Source: an uncultured Thermoleophilia bacterium (GTDB lineage: Bacteria > Actinomycetota > Thermoleophilia > UBA2241). Taken from it: a DNA stretch of 64,000 bases. The DNA lies in contig CAWCSR010000003.1 in assembly GCA_963798285.1 (NCBI GenBank), positions 400,905 through 464,904 on the forward strand, written 5' to 3'. Made by a program: the position numbers and the translations under genes. Below the pieces are notes generated by a model. The model was not told where the DNA came from. It saw only the letters and a program-made list of their open reading frames with translations, and searched no databases. This document shows, piece after piece, positions 18,449 through 27,229 of the stretch. Positions within the stretch are counted from its first letter, which is position 1. Each line of letters starts with the position of its first letter.

Positions 18449-19834
18449 ATGAGGACACGCTCGCTGAGATGGCGACTCGCGCTGACCTACGCGGGCATGG
18501 CGCTGCTCACCGCGGTGATCCTCGGCGGCATCCTCCTCGGCGTGCTCGCCAACCACTACACGCGCGCTGAGGACCAGTACCTGCGCGCCAGCGCCCGACT
18601 CGTCGTGGCGGACCCGCCGCCGCTCACCACGGTCCAGGACCTCACCTCCTGGGCCCAGGCGGCGGCGCTCACCACCCAGACTCGCGTCCAGGTGTACTCG
18701 CAGAGCGGCGCGCTCATCGTCGACTCGGGGTCGCCCAACACACTGGACGCCGAGGCGTTGATCGGGCGCGGCAACGGCTACGGCCGCGACCACGACGGGC
18801 TGCCGAACCCGTTGGGCAACGGCCTGTTCGGCACGGGAGGCAGCGCCCGCTCCAGCCGCACGCTCACCATGAACATGGGCGACGGCGCCTACGTGAAGCT
18901 CTCCGAGGGGCCGGCGTCCGGCCGCGACGCCCTGGTCAGCGCGGCCGTGGCCTGGACTCTGGCGGCCGCGCTCGCCGTCGGCCTCGCGGCCCTCGCCGGC
19001 TACCTGGTCGCCTCGCGCATCGCGCGGCCGGTGGTCGCGCTCACCGAGGCCAGCGACCGCATGGCGGCCGGCGACCTCGGCGCCCGTGCCCCCGTCGCCG
19101 GCGTCGACGAGGTGGGACGCCTCGGCGAGTCCTTCAACGGCATGGCGGCGCGCGTCGAGACGACGGTGACGTCCCTGCGCCGATTCGTCGCCGACGCGGC
19201 GCACGAGATCGGCACGCCGCTCACGGCGCTGCAGGCCGATCTGGAACTCGCCGAGCGAAAGGCCGAGAACCACGACGAGCGCCGCCTCCTCAACCTGGCG
19301 CTCGTCCAGACCGGACGGCTGACGAGCCTCTCGGACAACCTCCTGCAGCTCTCGCGCCTCGAGGCCGACGAGCCGGGCGCCGAGCGGCGGACGGCGGACC
19401 TCACCGCCGTGGCCCGCGAGCTGGCCGACAGCGTAGCCTCCCGGGCCGACCAGGCCGGCGTCGAGCTCGTCGCGGACGTCGACGGCGGCTCCCTGGAGGT
19501 GCCGATAGCGCAGTCGCGCCTCCAGACCATCCTCGGCAACCTGCTGGACAACGCCGTGAAGTTCACACCCGACGGCGGCGTCGTCACGCTGACGGTGCGG
19601 CGGGAGGGCGGCCAGGCCGTCGCCACCGTGGCCGACACCGGCGTCGGCATCCCGGTCGAGGAGCAGCGCGAGATCTTTCAGCGCTTCCACCGCGCGCGCA
19701 ACGTCTCCGCCTACCCGGGCAACGGCCTCGGCCTCGCGATCGTCAAGGCGGCGGTCGAGCGCGGCGGCGGGACGGTCACGTTCGCGAGCTCCGAGGCCGG
19801 CACGACCTTCCGCGTAGCCCTGCCGCTCGCTTAG
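18449..19834 (+). CDS. Sensor histidine kinase (two TM, HAMP, HisKA, HATPase_c)
   Basis: H-box FVADAAHEIGTPLT. N-box LLDNAVKFTP. G-boxes DTGVGI and GNGLGLAI. Confidence 0.9.
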   Translation: MRTRSLRWRLALTYAGMALLTAVILGGILLGVLANHYTRAEDQYLRASARLVVADPPPLTTVQDLTSWAQAAALTTQTRVQVYSQSGALIVDSGSPNTLDAEALIGRGNGYGRDHDGLPNPLGNGLFGTGGSARSSRTLTMNMGDGAYVKLSEGPASGRDALVSAAVAWTLAAALAVGLAALAGYLVASRIARPVVALTEASDRMAAGDLGARAPVAGVDEVGRLGESFNGMAARVETTVTSLRRFVADAAHEIGTPLTALQADLELAERKAENHDERRLLNLALVQTGRLTSLSDNLLQLSRLEADEPGAERRTADLTAVARELADSVASRADQAGVELVADVDGGSLEVPIAQSRLQTILGNLLDNAVKFTPDGGVVTLTVRREGGQAVATVADTGVGIPVEEQREIFQRFHRARNVSAYPGNGLGLAIVKAAVERGGGTVTFASSEAGTTFRVALPLA

Positions 19835-21411
19835 GCGGGACCGCGGGCGTCGCGCAGCCGCCGCGTAAAGCCGGCGCCCGTAGCCCCGCGCACCTCGCCG
19901 GCCGGCGGCAGCAAGCCGAGGCGCATGAGTTCCATGAAGGCGCCGAGCTCCCGCTCGCGGGTGCCGCAGGCGGCCACCAGCCGGCCTTCCGCGGAGTAGA
20001 GCGCCAGGAAGTCCGCCGCCTCCGGATCGCCGGTCATGACGAGCTCGTCCCAGCCTCGCCCGCTCCCGGCGTAGCCGATCCGCAGATCGAAGTGCTCCGT
20101 CCAGAAGAACGGCACGCCGGTGAACGCCGCGCCGGCGCCCACCATGCTCCGCGCCGCCGCGCGCCCGTGCTGCTCGGCCAGCCGCCAGTGCTCGATGCGC
20201 ACGTTGCGCCCTGTGTGGAGATCGGGGTACAGCGCGACGTCGCCGGCGGCCCACACCCCGGCTGCCGCCCGCAGTCCCGGGTCGACGCGCATGCCACCGT
20301 CGGCCTCGAGCGGGACGCCCTCGACGAAGCCGGTCGCCGGAGTCACACCGATGCCGACGAGCACAAGGTCGGCGTCGAGCAGTGTCCCGTCGTCCAACTC
20401 GACGCCGCGCGCCGCGCCGTCGCCGCGCACGGCCGCGACCTGCCTGCCCAGCGCGAACCGCGTGCCATGCTGCTCGTGGACCGACTGCACCACGCGGCCC
20501 GCCTGCTCTCCGAAGGCCGCGGCGAACGGGACGGTCTCCGGCGCGGTGACGGTGACGTCGAGGCCTCGGCGCCGCAGACTCGCCGCCGCTTCCATGCCGA
20601 TGAAGCTGGCGCCGACGACCACGGCGCGAGCGGCGGCGTCCGCGGCGGCCGACAGAGCTTCGGCGTCCGCGCGCGACCGCAGCGTGAACACGCCGGGGAG
20701 GCCGGCGCCGGGCACGTCGAGGCGGCGCGGGACGGCGCCGCTGGCGACGAGGACGGCGTCCGGCGCCAGAACGGCGCCGTCCTCGAGCGTGATCTTCCGG
20801 GCAGGCACGTCCAGCCGCACGACGCGGGCGACCTGCCGCTCGACGTCGTGCCGCTCGTAGAACTCCGGAGGCCGCAGCGGGAGCCACTGGGGATCGAGCT
20901 CGCCGGCCAGGTAGTCCTTGCTCAGGTTGGGCCGGTCGTAGGGCCATTCGTCTTCCGGGCTGAGCAGGAGGAGGCGGCCGGCGTGGCCCAGCCGCCTCAG
21001 CTCCTCCGCGGCCGCCTGCGCGGCCGCTCCGCCGCCGACGATCGCAAGGAACCGCCGATCGGCCGGATCGCGAGCGGCCAAGCCGTCGCCCTCCGCTCGC
21101 GGCAGCTTCTCGTCGCTCACGAACACACCGCCGTCGTCCACGCGCACCGGGAATCTGGCGATGGGGTCCAGCGGCGGCGGATCGATCAAGTCGCCGCTGG
21201 TCACATCGAAGGTCCCCTTGTGCCAGGGGCAGAGAAGGCGCGGACCCGAGAGCGTGCCCTCCGGCAGCGGCCCGCCCCAGTGGGGGCACCGCGGGCTCGT
21301 CGCGAAGTACCGGCCGCCGACCCTGGCCAGCAGAAGCTTGCGATCCCCCACCACGACCGTCGCCATCTCGCCGTCGCGCAGGTCGTCCACCGACGCCACT
21401 CGCTCTTCCAC
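19831..21411 (-). CDS. Rieske [2Fe-2S] domain fused to an FAD/NAD(P)-dependent pyridine-nucleotide-disulfide (ferredoxin-reductase-like) oxidoreductase
   Basis: CPHWGGPL…CPWHKGTF Rieske ligands at the N-terminus. Then AIVGGGAAAQAAAEELRRLG and VVVGASFIGMEAAASL dinucleotide folds. Confidence 0.8.
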   Translation of the reverse strand: MEERVASVDDLRDGEMATVVVGDRKLLLARVGGRYFATSPRCPHWGGPLPEGTLSGPRLLCPWHKGTFDVTSGDLIDPPPLDPIARFPVRVDDGGVFVSDEKLPRAEGDGLAARDPADRRFLAIVGGGAAAQAAAEELRRLGHAGRLLLLSPEDEWPYDRPNLSKDYLAGELDPQWLPLRPPEFYERHDVERQVARVVRLDVPARKITLEDGAVLAPDAVLVASGAVPRRLDVPGAGLPGVFTLRSRADAEALSAAADAAARAVVVGASFIGMEAAASLRRRGLDVTVTAPETVPFAAAFGEQAGRVVQSVHEQHGTRFALGRQVAAVRGDGAARGVELDDGTLLDADLVLVGIGVTPATGFVEGVPLEADGGMRVDPGLRAAAGVWAAGDVALYPDLHTGRNVRIEHWRLAEQHGRAAARSMVGAGAAFTGVPFFWTEHFDLRIGYAGSGRGWDELVMTGDPEAADFLALYSAEGRLVAACGTRERELGAFMELMRLGLLPPAGEVRGATGAGFTRRLRDARGPA

Positions 21412-21609
21412 GTCGCCCTCCCCTCGGTCCGTCCGGCCGCCAACGCCTCGGCCGCCCCCCGGGCGTCATCCACCCTGTATCGTTCCCCTGAAGACCCACG
21501 ACCGGGGCACCCGTCGTTGCAGGCGGCGCGGTCCGGCTTCGCTCACAGGACGGACCCAGGAGGAGGCCATGAGCGGAACGCAGGTGCAACCGGCTGCGGG
21601 AGACCCGGC

Positions 21610-22065
21610 GTGACCGTCGCGGCCGCGTCGGGCTTCCTGACCGCCCGGAGCAGCCTCGGCGCCGACCTCTCGCTGATCGCGTCGGCGACGGTGATTGCGC
21701 TGCTCACCGCCGGGGTCGTGCTGGCACGACGGCAGCGCTACGACGCGCACCGCTGGACGCAGACCACGGCCGTGCTCCTCAACGCCGTCGTGGTCGCCAG
21801 CTGGATGGTCGTATCGCTCGTCCGGTTCATCCTGCCCGGCATCCCGGGCACCCTGAGCGAGCACGGGCACACGCTCGCCGCCGCCCACGCGGCCACCGGC
21901 GTCGTCGGCGTCGTGCTGGGCGTCTTCCTGGTCGTCCGCGCCACCCAGCTCACCAGTCGCGGTCAGAGCGTGCGTCGCTACCGGACGAGCATGCGCGTGT
22001 CGTACTTCGTCTATCTGGCCGCGTTCGCGCTCGGCGTCTCGCTATACGTGGTGACGTATGGGTGA
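21610..22065 (+). CDS. Small 4-TM membrane protein (DUF420-like by eye); first gene of the radical SAM operon
   Basis: GTG at 21610. It reads GFLTARSSLGADLSLIASATVIALLTAGVVLARRQRYDAHRW…. Its stop overlaps the next gene's ATG by 8 nt. The start is uncertain (see the mini-ORF finding). Confidence 0.5.
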   Translation: MTVAAASGFLTARSSLGADLSLIASATVIALLTAGVVLARRQRYDAHRWTQTTAVLLNAVVVASWMVVSLVRFILPGIPGTLSEHGHTLAAAHAATGVVGVVLGVFLVVRATQLTSRGQSVRRYRTSMRVSYFVYLAAFALGVSLYVVTYG

Positions 22066-23527
22066 GGCCCGGGAGGTCCTGCTCGTCTTCCCGGGCCGCC
22101 GGCGCGCTCCCGATCCCCAGGTGCCGCTGCAGCTGCTGCACGTGGCCTCCGCCCTGCGGACGGCGGGCTACCGCCCGCGCATCGCCGACCTGCGCCTCAG
22201 CGACTTCCGCACCGTGCCGCTCGGCGACCCCGTGTTCGTCGGCATCACCGCCATGAGCGGCCCGCAGATCCGCTACGGCCTCGAGTTCGCCCAGCGCGTG
22301 AGGGCGGAGCGGCCCGGCACGCCCATCGTGTGGGGGGGCGTGCACCCCACGCTCCTGCCCGAGCAGACGGCCGCGGACCGCCGCGTGGACGCCGTCGTCC
22401 GCGGCGAGGGCGAGCTCGTGGTCGGCCCGCTGGCCGATGCGCTCGCGGCCGGCGCGCCGCTGGACACGGTCGCCGGCATCACCTTCTCGGCGGGCGACGG
22501 CAACGGCTCCGGCCCGACCATTCGCTCGACCCCGGACGCGGAGCTCATCGACCTCGACACGATCCCGCTGGAGCTGCCCTACGACCTGCTGCCGCTCCCC
22601 CTCTACTCGACCCTGCAGGCCGGGCGCGTCCACCTGCAGACGAGCCGCGGCTGCCCCAGCCACTGCGCCTTCTGCTACAACACGGCGTTCAACAGGCGCC
22701 GCTGGCGGGGCAAGAGCCCGGAGCGAGTCGTCGACGAGATGGAGTGGCTGCTGCGCCGGTTCCCTCAGGCGAAGATCCTCGACCCGGTCGACGACAACTT
22801 CTTCGTCGACCGCCGGCGCGCCCAGGCAATCTGCGAGCTCATCCTCAGCCGCGGCCTCAAGTTCCGCTGGCGCGCCAACTGCCGCTTCGACTACCTGGCG
22901 AAGTACGACGGCGAGTTCCTGCGCCTCTTGGAGCGCGCCGGCTGCATGGAGCTCGACTTCGGCGGAGAGAGCGGCTCGGCACGCATGCAGGACGTGGTCC
23001 GCAAGGAGGTCTCGGCCGACGAGATCCTCACGTCCGTCGCCAACCTGCGCCGCTGGGCCCCATCCATCGATCCCTTCGTCTCCTGGCTCGGCGGCCTGCC
23101 CGGCGAGACCGGCGCGGATATGGAGATGACCATGGACCTCATGGACGCGATGGCCCGCGCCAACCCGCGCACGCAGCACTACGGGATCTTCCTGTACACG
23201 CCCTTCCCGAGCCCTCTGCTCGACGAGCTGCCGCCGGAGTTCACGCCGCCCCAGTCTCTGGAGGAGTGGGGGCGGATCGAGGTGTTCCACTTCCCGGCGC
23301 CCTGGCACACGCCGGAGTACCTGGAGAGGCTGCGCACCATCTCGGCGGTGACGCGCTGGGCGTTCTACCCGCGCTCGCGCATCGACGAGCACGGATTCGC
23401 GTTCAAGGCGGCCTACGGCACGATGTGCGCGGCGGCCAGGCTTCGCTGGCGCCGCCGCGCCTTCGGGTTCCCGGTGGAACTGCGGCTCGCGAACGCGGCG
23501 GCGCAGCGCCTCCGCGGGTTCCTGTGA
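22058..23527 (+). CDS. B12-binding-domain (class B) radical SAM enzyme, paralog 1
   Basis: N-terminal Rossmann-like B12 domain (VLLVFPG…FVGITAMSG…IVWGGVHPT). CxxxCxxC cluster motif SRGCPSHCAFCYN at 22652-22675. Confidence 0.85.
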   Translation: MGEAREVLLVFPGRRRAPDPQVPLQLLHVASALRTAGYRPRIADLRLSDFRTVPLGDPVFVGITAMSGPQIRYGLEFAQRVRAERPGTPIVWGGVHPTLLPEQTAADRRVDAVVRGEGELVVGPLADALAAGAPLDTVAGITFSAGDGNGSGPTIRSTPDAELIDLDTIPLELPYDLLPLPLYSTLQAGRVHLQTSRGCPSHCAFCYNTAFNRRRWRGKSPERVVDEMEWLLRRFPQAKILDPVDDNFFVDRRRAQAICELILSRGLKFRWRANCRFDYLAKYDGEFLRLLERAGCMELDFGGESGSARMQDVVRKEVSADEILTSVANLRRWAPSIDPFVSWLGGLPGETGADMEMTMDLMDAMARANPRTQHYGIFLYTPFPSPLLDELPPEFTPPQSLEEWGRIEVFHFPAPWHTPEYLERLRTISAVTRWAFYPRSRIDEHGFAFKAAYGTMCAAARLRWRRRAFGFPVELRLANAAAQRLRGFL

Positions 23528-23534
23528 GGCCGTC

Positions 23535-24899
23535 GTGGCGGACGGCCTGATCCTGCCGGCCGGGACGCCGTGGTCCGGCGGCGCCTGGACGTGGCTGCGC
23601 ACGCCGGACCGCCGCCTCCTCGTGCTCGGCATCCTGCTGCAGGTCGGCCTGGCGCTACTGGCTTACGACAACTCGCACGACCTGCGGATCTTCCAGGCCA
23701 CCGGCTACCTCGTCGGCACCGGCCACAGCCCCTACGTACCGCTCGACCTGCGCGCCGTGTTCCACGACGGGGTGTTCCAGGGACGCTACGCGATCGGCTA
23801 CCCGCCGCCGTGGCCGCTGCTGCTCGGCGGCATCTACCGCGCGACCTACGCGCTCGTGCCGGACCTCCACCTGTACGCCGTCGCCATCAAGCTCCCGGCG
23901 ATCGCCGCCAACGCCGGGCTGGCGTACCTCGGCGGCGCGGCGCTGCAGAACCTCGGCGCCGCGCCCGCCGTCGTCCGGCGCGCCTGGCTCGCGCTGCTCT
24001 TCAACCCCCTGCTGCTCTACGTCGGCGCCGTCTGGGGCCAGATCGACGCCATCGTCGCGCTCCTCGCGCTGGCGGCGCTCCTGCTGGTGGTCTCCGGACG
24101 GCGCGACCTCTCCGCGGTCACGCTGGCGCTGGCCGTGTGCGTCAAGCCGGCGGCCGCGCCGATGTTGCTCGCCGTCCTCCTCTACGTCGGGGCCGGCGCC
24201 GCGCCTCGCGCGCTCAGGTACGCGGCGGTTTTCGCCGCCGGCGTCTTCGTCTTCTACGTCCTCCCCTTCCTCGCCCTCGGCTGGGGCGCGACCCCGGCGC
24301 GCGCCGCGAACGCGCAGTTCTCGATGGTCGGCGCCATGTCGTTCACGGCCGTCGCCGGCCTCTGGACCGACATCGTGGCGCTGGACGGGCACTGGTGGCT
24401 GCTGGGCCTGCTCTGGGCGCCCGCACTTCTCGTCGCCACGCTGCTCGCGCGCGGCAGGGCCCGCGGGCCCGCGAGCCTCCTGGCCGTCGCCGTGGCGCTG
24501 ACGCTCGTCTTCTTCCTCTTCCGCACCTGGCTGGCCGAGCCGAACGTGCTGGTGGTGCTCGCACCGGTGCTGGTGCTGACCGCGCTCGGTCGGCTCGACC
24601 GCCGGCTCTTCCTCGCTCTGTGGCTCGTCCCGCTGCTGTTCGTCGTCGCCAACGCCTCGCCGGTGCAACTGCTGTGGCAGTTCGCGCCGGGTGTCGTCGT
24701 CCAGGTCTCGGCGTTGGCCGCGCGGCACACTGAGGTGACGGTCGCCGTGCGTGCGACGCTGGTGGTAGCCTGGCAGGTCGTCGGCTGGTGGACCGTGATC
24801 GCCTGCCTGCGCAGGCCGCAGGCCGAGGCGGCGGAGACCGTTGTAGCCGCCGCCGCGACCGGCCGCACGGCCGCCGGCCCCAGGGAGGCGCTGCCGTGA
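23535..24899 (+). CDS. Polytopic GT-C-like membrane protein (ArnT/PMT/DUF2029-type glycosyl- or lipid-transferase fold)
   Basis: About 11-12 TM helices. An acidic first-loop motif follows TM1 (AYDNSHDLRIF). The middle reads GQIDAIVALLALAALLLVV…LAVCVKP, typical of GT-C families. Confidence 0.55.
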   Translation: MADGLILPAGTPWSGGAWTWLRTPDRRLLVLGILLQVGLALLAYDNSHDLRIFQATGYLVGTGHSPYVPLDLRAVFHDGVFQGRYAIGYPPPWPLLLGGIYRATYALVPDLHLYAVAIKLPAIAANAGLAYLGGAALQNLGAAPAVVRRAWLALLFNPLLLYVGAVWGQIDAIVALLALAALLLVVSGRRDLSAVTLALAVCVKPAAAPMLLAVLLYVGAGAAPRALRYAAVFAAGVFVFYVLPFLALGWGATPARAANAQFSMVGAMSFTAVAGLWTDIVALDGHWWLLGLLWAPALLVATLLARGRARGPASLLAVAVALTLVFFLFRTWLAEPNVLVVLAPVLVLTALGRLDRRLFLALWLVPLLFVVANASPVQLLWQFAPGVVVQVSALAARHTEVTVAVRATLVVAWQVVGWWTVIACLRRPQAEAAETVVAAAATGRTAAGPREALP

Positions 24900-25771
24900 G
24901 GACGGTCTTCGAGCTCGGTGGCGACCTCGCGCTGGCCGTGGCGGAGACGCCACCCGCCGCCGAGCGTCCGGACCCCGGCGCCGCCGGGCCGTACCCGACG
25001 AACGGGCTGCAGAAGGGGCTCCTGCTGCTCGACGAGGCGCAGGAGCTCAGCAGCGAGGGTGTCGGCTTTGCCGTGCCCATCCTCAAGCGTGGCCCCCGGG
25101 CGGTCTTCCCCGGCGGCGTCGAGATCACGGTCCACCCCGGGAGCCCGCAGTCGCTCACCATGACGTTCACGATGGACCGCGTGGAACGCCTGGGAGGACG
25201 ACGCCGGCGCCACTTCCTCCACCGGCCGCTCGACGAGGCGCGTGAGGCGTTCGCCCTGCTCTACCGGCGCGCCCCGCCCCTCCGGCGTCCGCTCCTGGCC
25301 GGCTCCAACGGCATCCGCTGGCTGCTGCGCGTCAGGACCCGCTACGAGCAGACGACGCCCGTGGCCATCGTGCCCGTGACGTGCACGGCCGGCGAGCACC
25401 CGGGCGAAGTCCTCGTCAGCGCCGACCTGAGCCAGCTGCCGGACGCCGTGACCGAGATCATCCTCATGAACGAGCTCGGAGCCGACGCGTTCGGCCGCTA
25501 CATCGACAGCGACGGCGCCGACCTGCGCGGCGCCGGGATCGGCGCGTGGAACCGGGTGCGCGCCGCTACCGGCTCGTTCGTCGCGGAGGAGAACGGCGTC
25601 TCGTTCACCCTCGAGAGTGACCCCGATCCGGACGCGCCCGCCCGCCTCTTCCGCGGCCGCGAGGTCGCCCGGGGCCGGCTGGCATGGGCCGGGTTCGGGT
25701 ACTCCCTGCGGCCCGGCCCGGCGAAGTTCACGTACCGGCTGCGGATCGGCCGGAACGAAGTGTCGCCGTGA
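24896..25771 (+). CDS. Soluble protein of unknown function (291 aa), translationally coupled on both sides
   Basis: GTGA start/stop overlap with the upstream gene (24896-24899) and with the downstream gene (25768-25771). No TM and no motif I recognise. Confidence 0.55.
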   Translation: MRTVFELGGDLALAVAETPPAAERPDPGAAGPYPTNGLQKGLLLLDEAQELSSEGVGFAVPILKRGPRAVFPGGVEITVHPGSPQSLTMTFTMDRVERLGGRRRRHFLHRPLDEAREAFALLYRRAPPLRRPLLAGSNGIRWLLRVRTRYEQTTPVAIVPVTCTAGEHPGEVLVSADLSQLPDAVTEIILMNELGADAFGRYIDSDGADLRGAGIGAWNRVRAATGSFVAEENGVSFTLESDPDPDAPARLFRGREVARGRLAWAGFGYSLRPGPAKFTYRLRIGRNEVSP

Positions 25772-27132
25772 GCTCGGTGCTGCTCGTCTACCCGTTCTTC
25801 CGCCGCTCGCTCGACCGCTCCCGCTTCCGCTTCCCGCCGCTCGGACCCGCCTACGTGGCTGCGAGCGTCCGCGCCGCCGGCCACGACGTGCGCCTGCTCG
25901 ACTGCACGTTCCTGAGCCGCCGGCGGGCGCGCACGCTCGCGCTCGCCGCCCGTGCGGACGTGGTCGGCATCTACTGCATGGCGACCATGCGCGACGACGC
26001 CGAGTGGCTCGCGCGACAGTTGCGCGGCCGCTGCGAGCTGCTGGTCGCCGGCGGGCCGCTGCCCACCTGCGAGCCGGAGTCGTTCCTCGCCGCGTTCGAC
26101 GCGGTGGTGCGCGGCGAGGGCGAAGAGACCATGGTCGAGCTCCTCGCCGCACACGCGGCCGGCGACGACCTCGGCGCCGTGCCGGGAGTGGTCGTGGCCG
26201 GCGGCGCGGCCGCCGAGGCCGGCGCGGCCGCCGCAGGCCCGCCGCGCGCCTTCGCCGCCGATCTCGACGCCCTCCCCTTCCCCGCCCGCGACCTGCTGCC
26301 CAACGCCGCCTACATCAGCCACGGACGGCGGCGCTACGGCTACGCCGTGACCACGGTGATGAGCAGCCGCGGCTGCCCCTTCGCCTGCGAGTTCTGCAGC
26401 AACGTGGTCTTCGGCTCCTCGTACCGCGAGCGCTCGCCGCGCAGCGTCATCGACGAGGTCGAGGAGGCGCTCGCGCTGGGCTACGACCGCATCTCCTTCT
26501 CCGACGACGTCTTCACCATGCGGCCCCGGCGGGTGCTCGCCGTCTGTGACGAGATCGAGCGGCGCGGCCTGCGGTTCGACTGGGAGTGCCTCGCGCGCGT
26601 GGACGGCATCGACCGCGAGACCGCGGCGGCCATGCGCCGCGCCGGCTGCCGGACGGTCTTCTTCGGCATCGAATCAGGCAACGACGACGTCCTGCGAGTG
26701 ATGCGCAAGGGGATCACGACGGCCCAGGCCCGCGCGGCCGTCTGGGCCGCCCACGACGCCGGCCTCGAGGCCGGCGCGTTCTTCATCCTCTGCTACCCCG
26801 GAGACACGGACGAGACGGTGCTCGAGACGCTGCGCTTCGCCGGCTCGCTGCCGCTCGACTACCTCGGCCTCTCGATGCCGTATCCGCTGCCGGGGACGCC
26901 CCTCGGCGAGCGCATGGCGGGCCGCGTCACGGGCGAGTCGCGGCCCGACGGCAGCCTCCTCATGAACCAGCAGCTGACCTACGAGAGCGACTTCTCGGCC
27001 GCCAAGATGCGCTTCGCGATCCTCGCCGGCAGAGGGCAGTTCGTGCTGCGGCGGCGGCTCGGGCGCTTCGGCCCCGCCGCCGCCCGGCTCACGAGGGCGC
27101 CGGCGGAAGCCCTCTTCCGGCGCCTCCGCTGA
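25768..27132 (+). CDS. B12-binding-domain (class B) radical SAM enzyme, paralog 2
   Basis: VLLVYPFF…PPLGPAYVAASVRAAGHDVRLLD…VVGIYCM B12-like domain. SRGCPFACEFCSN cluster motif. GIESGNDDVL. Confidence 0.85.
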   Translation: MSSVLLVYPFFRRSLDRSRFRFPPLGPAYVAASVRAAGHDVRLLDCTFLSRRRARTLALAARADVVGIYCMATMRDDAEWLARQLRGRCELLVAGGPLPTCEPESFLAAFDAVVRGEGEETMVELLAAHAAGDDLGAVPGVVVAGGAAAEAGAAAAGPPRAFAADLDALPFPARDLLPNAAYISHGRRRYGYAVTTVMSSRGCPFACEFCSNVVFGSSYRERSPRSVIDEVEEALALGYDRISFSDDVFTMRPRRVLAVCDEIERRGLRFDWECLARVDGIDRETAAAMRRAGCRTVFFGIESGNDDVLRVMRKGITTAQARAAVWAAHDAGLEAGAFFILCYPGDTDETVLETLRFAGSLPLDYLGLSMPYPLPGTPLGERMAGRVTGESRPDGSLLMNQQLTYESDFSAAKMRFAILAGRGQFVLRRRLGRFGPAAARLTRAPAEALFRRLR

Positions 27133-27220
27133 CGGCTTCGTTCGGCGGCGGGTCCGCGTTCGTGGCCCGCCCCTCCGCTGACGGCTTCGTCCGGCGGCGG
27201 GTCCGCGCCCGGGGCGCCCG
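27123..27220. repeat. 49-bp tandem duplication (2 copies) spanning the stop codon of radical SAM paralog 2
   Basis: CCTCCGCTGACGGCTTCGT(T/C)CGGCGGCGGGTCCGCG occurs at 27123-27158 and 27172-27207 with 1 mismatch in 36. The flanks are similar. Confidence 0.85.
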
Positions 27221-27229
27221 CCCGCCGCC

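Noticed and set aside
18320-21589. 1089-aa minus-strand ORF, the longest in the track
   Set aside because: The translation is Arg/Gly/Pro/Ala-rich nonsense. It runs antisense to a well-formed histidine kinase and is out of frame with the Rieske-FAD gene. This is a typical high-GC shadow ORF.
20092-21609. Upstream 506 codons of the 657-aa plus ORF (20092-22065)
   Set aside because: This is a shadow of the Rieske-FAD gene on the opposite strand. Membrane-protein-like sequence starts only at GTG 21610.
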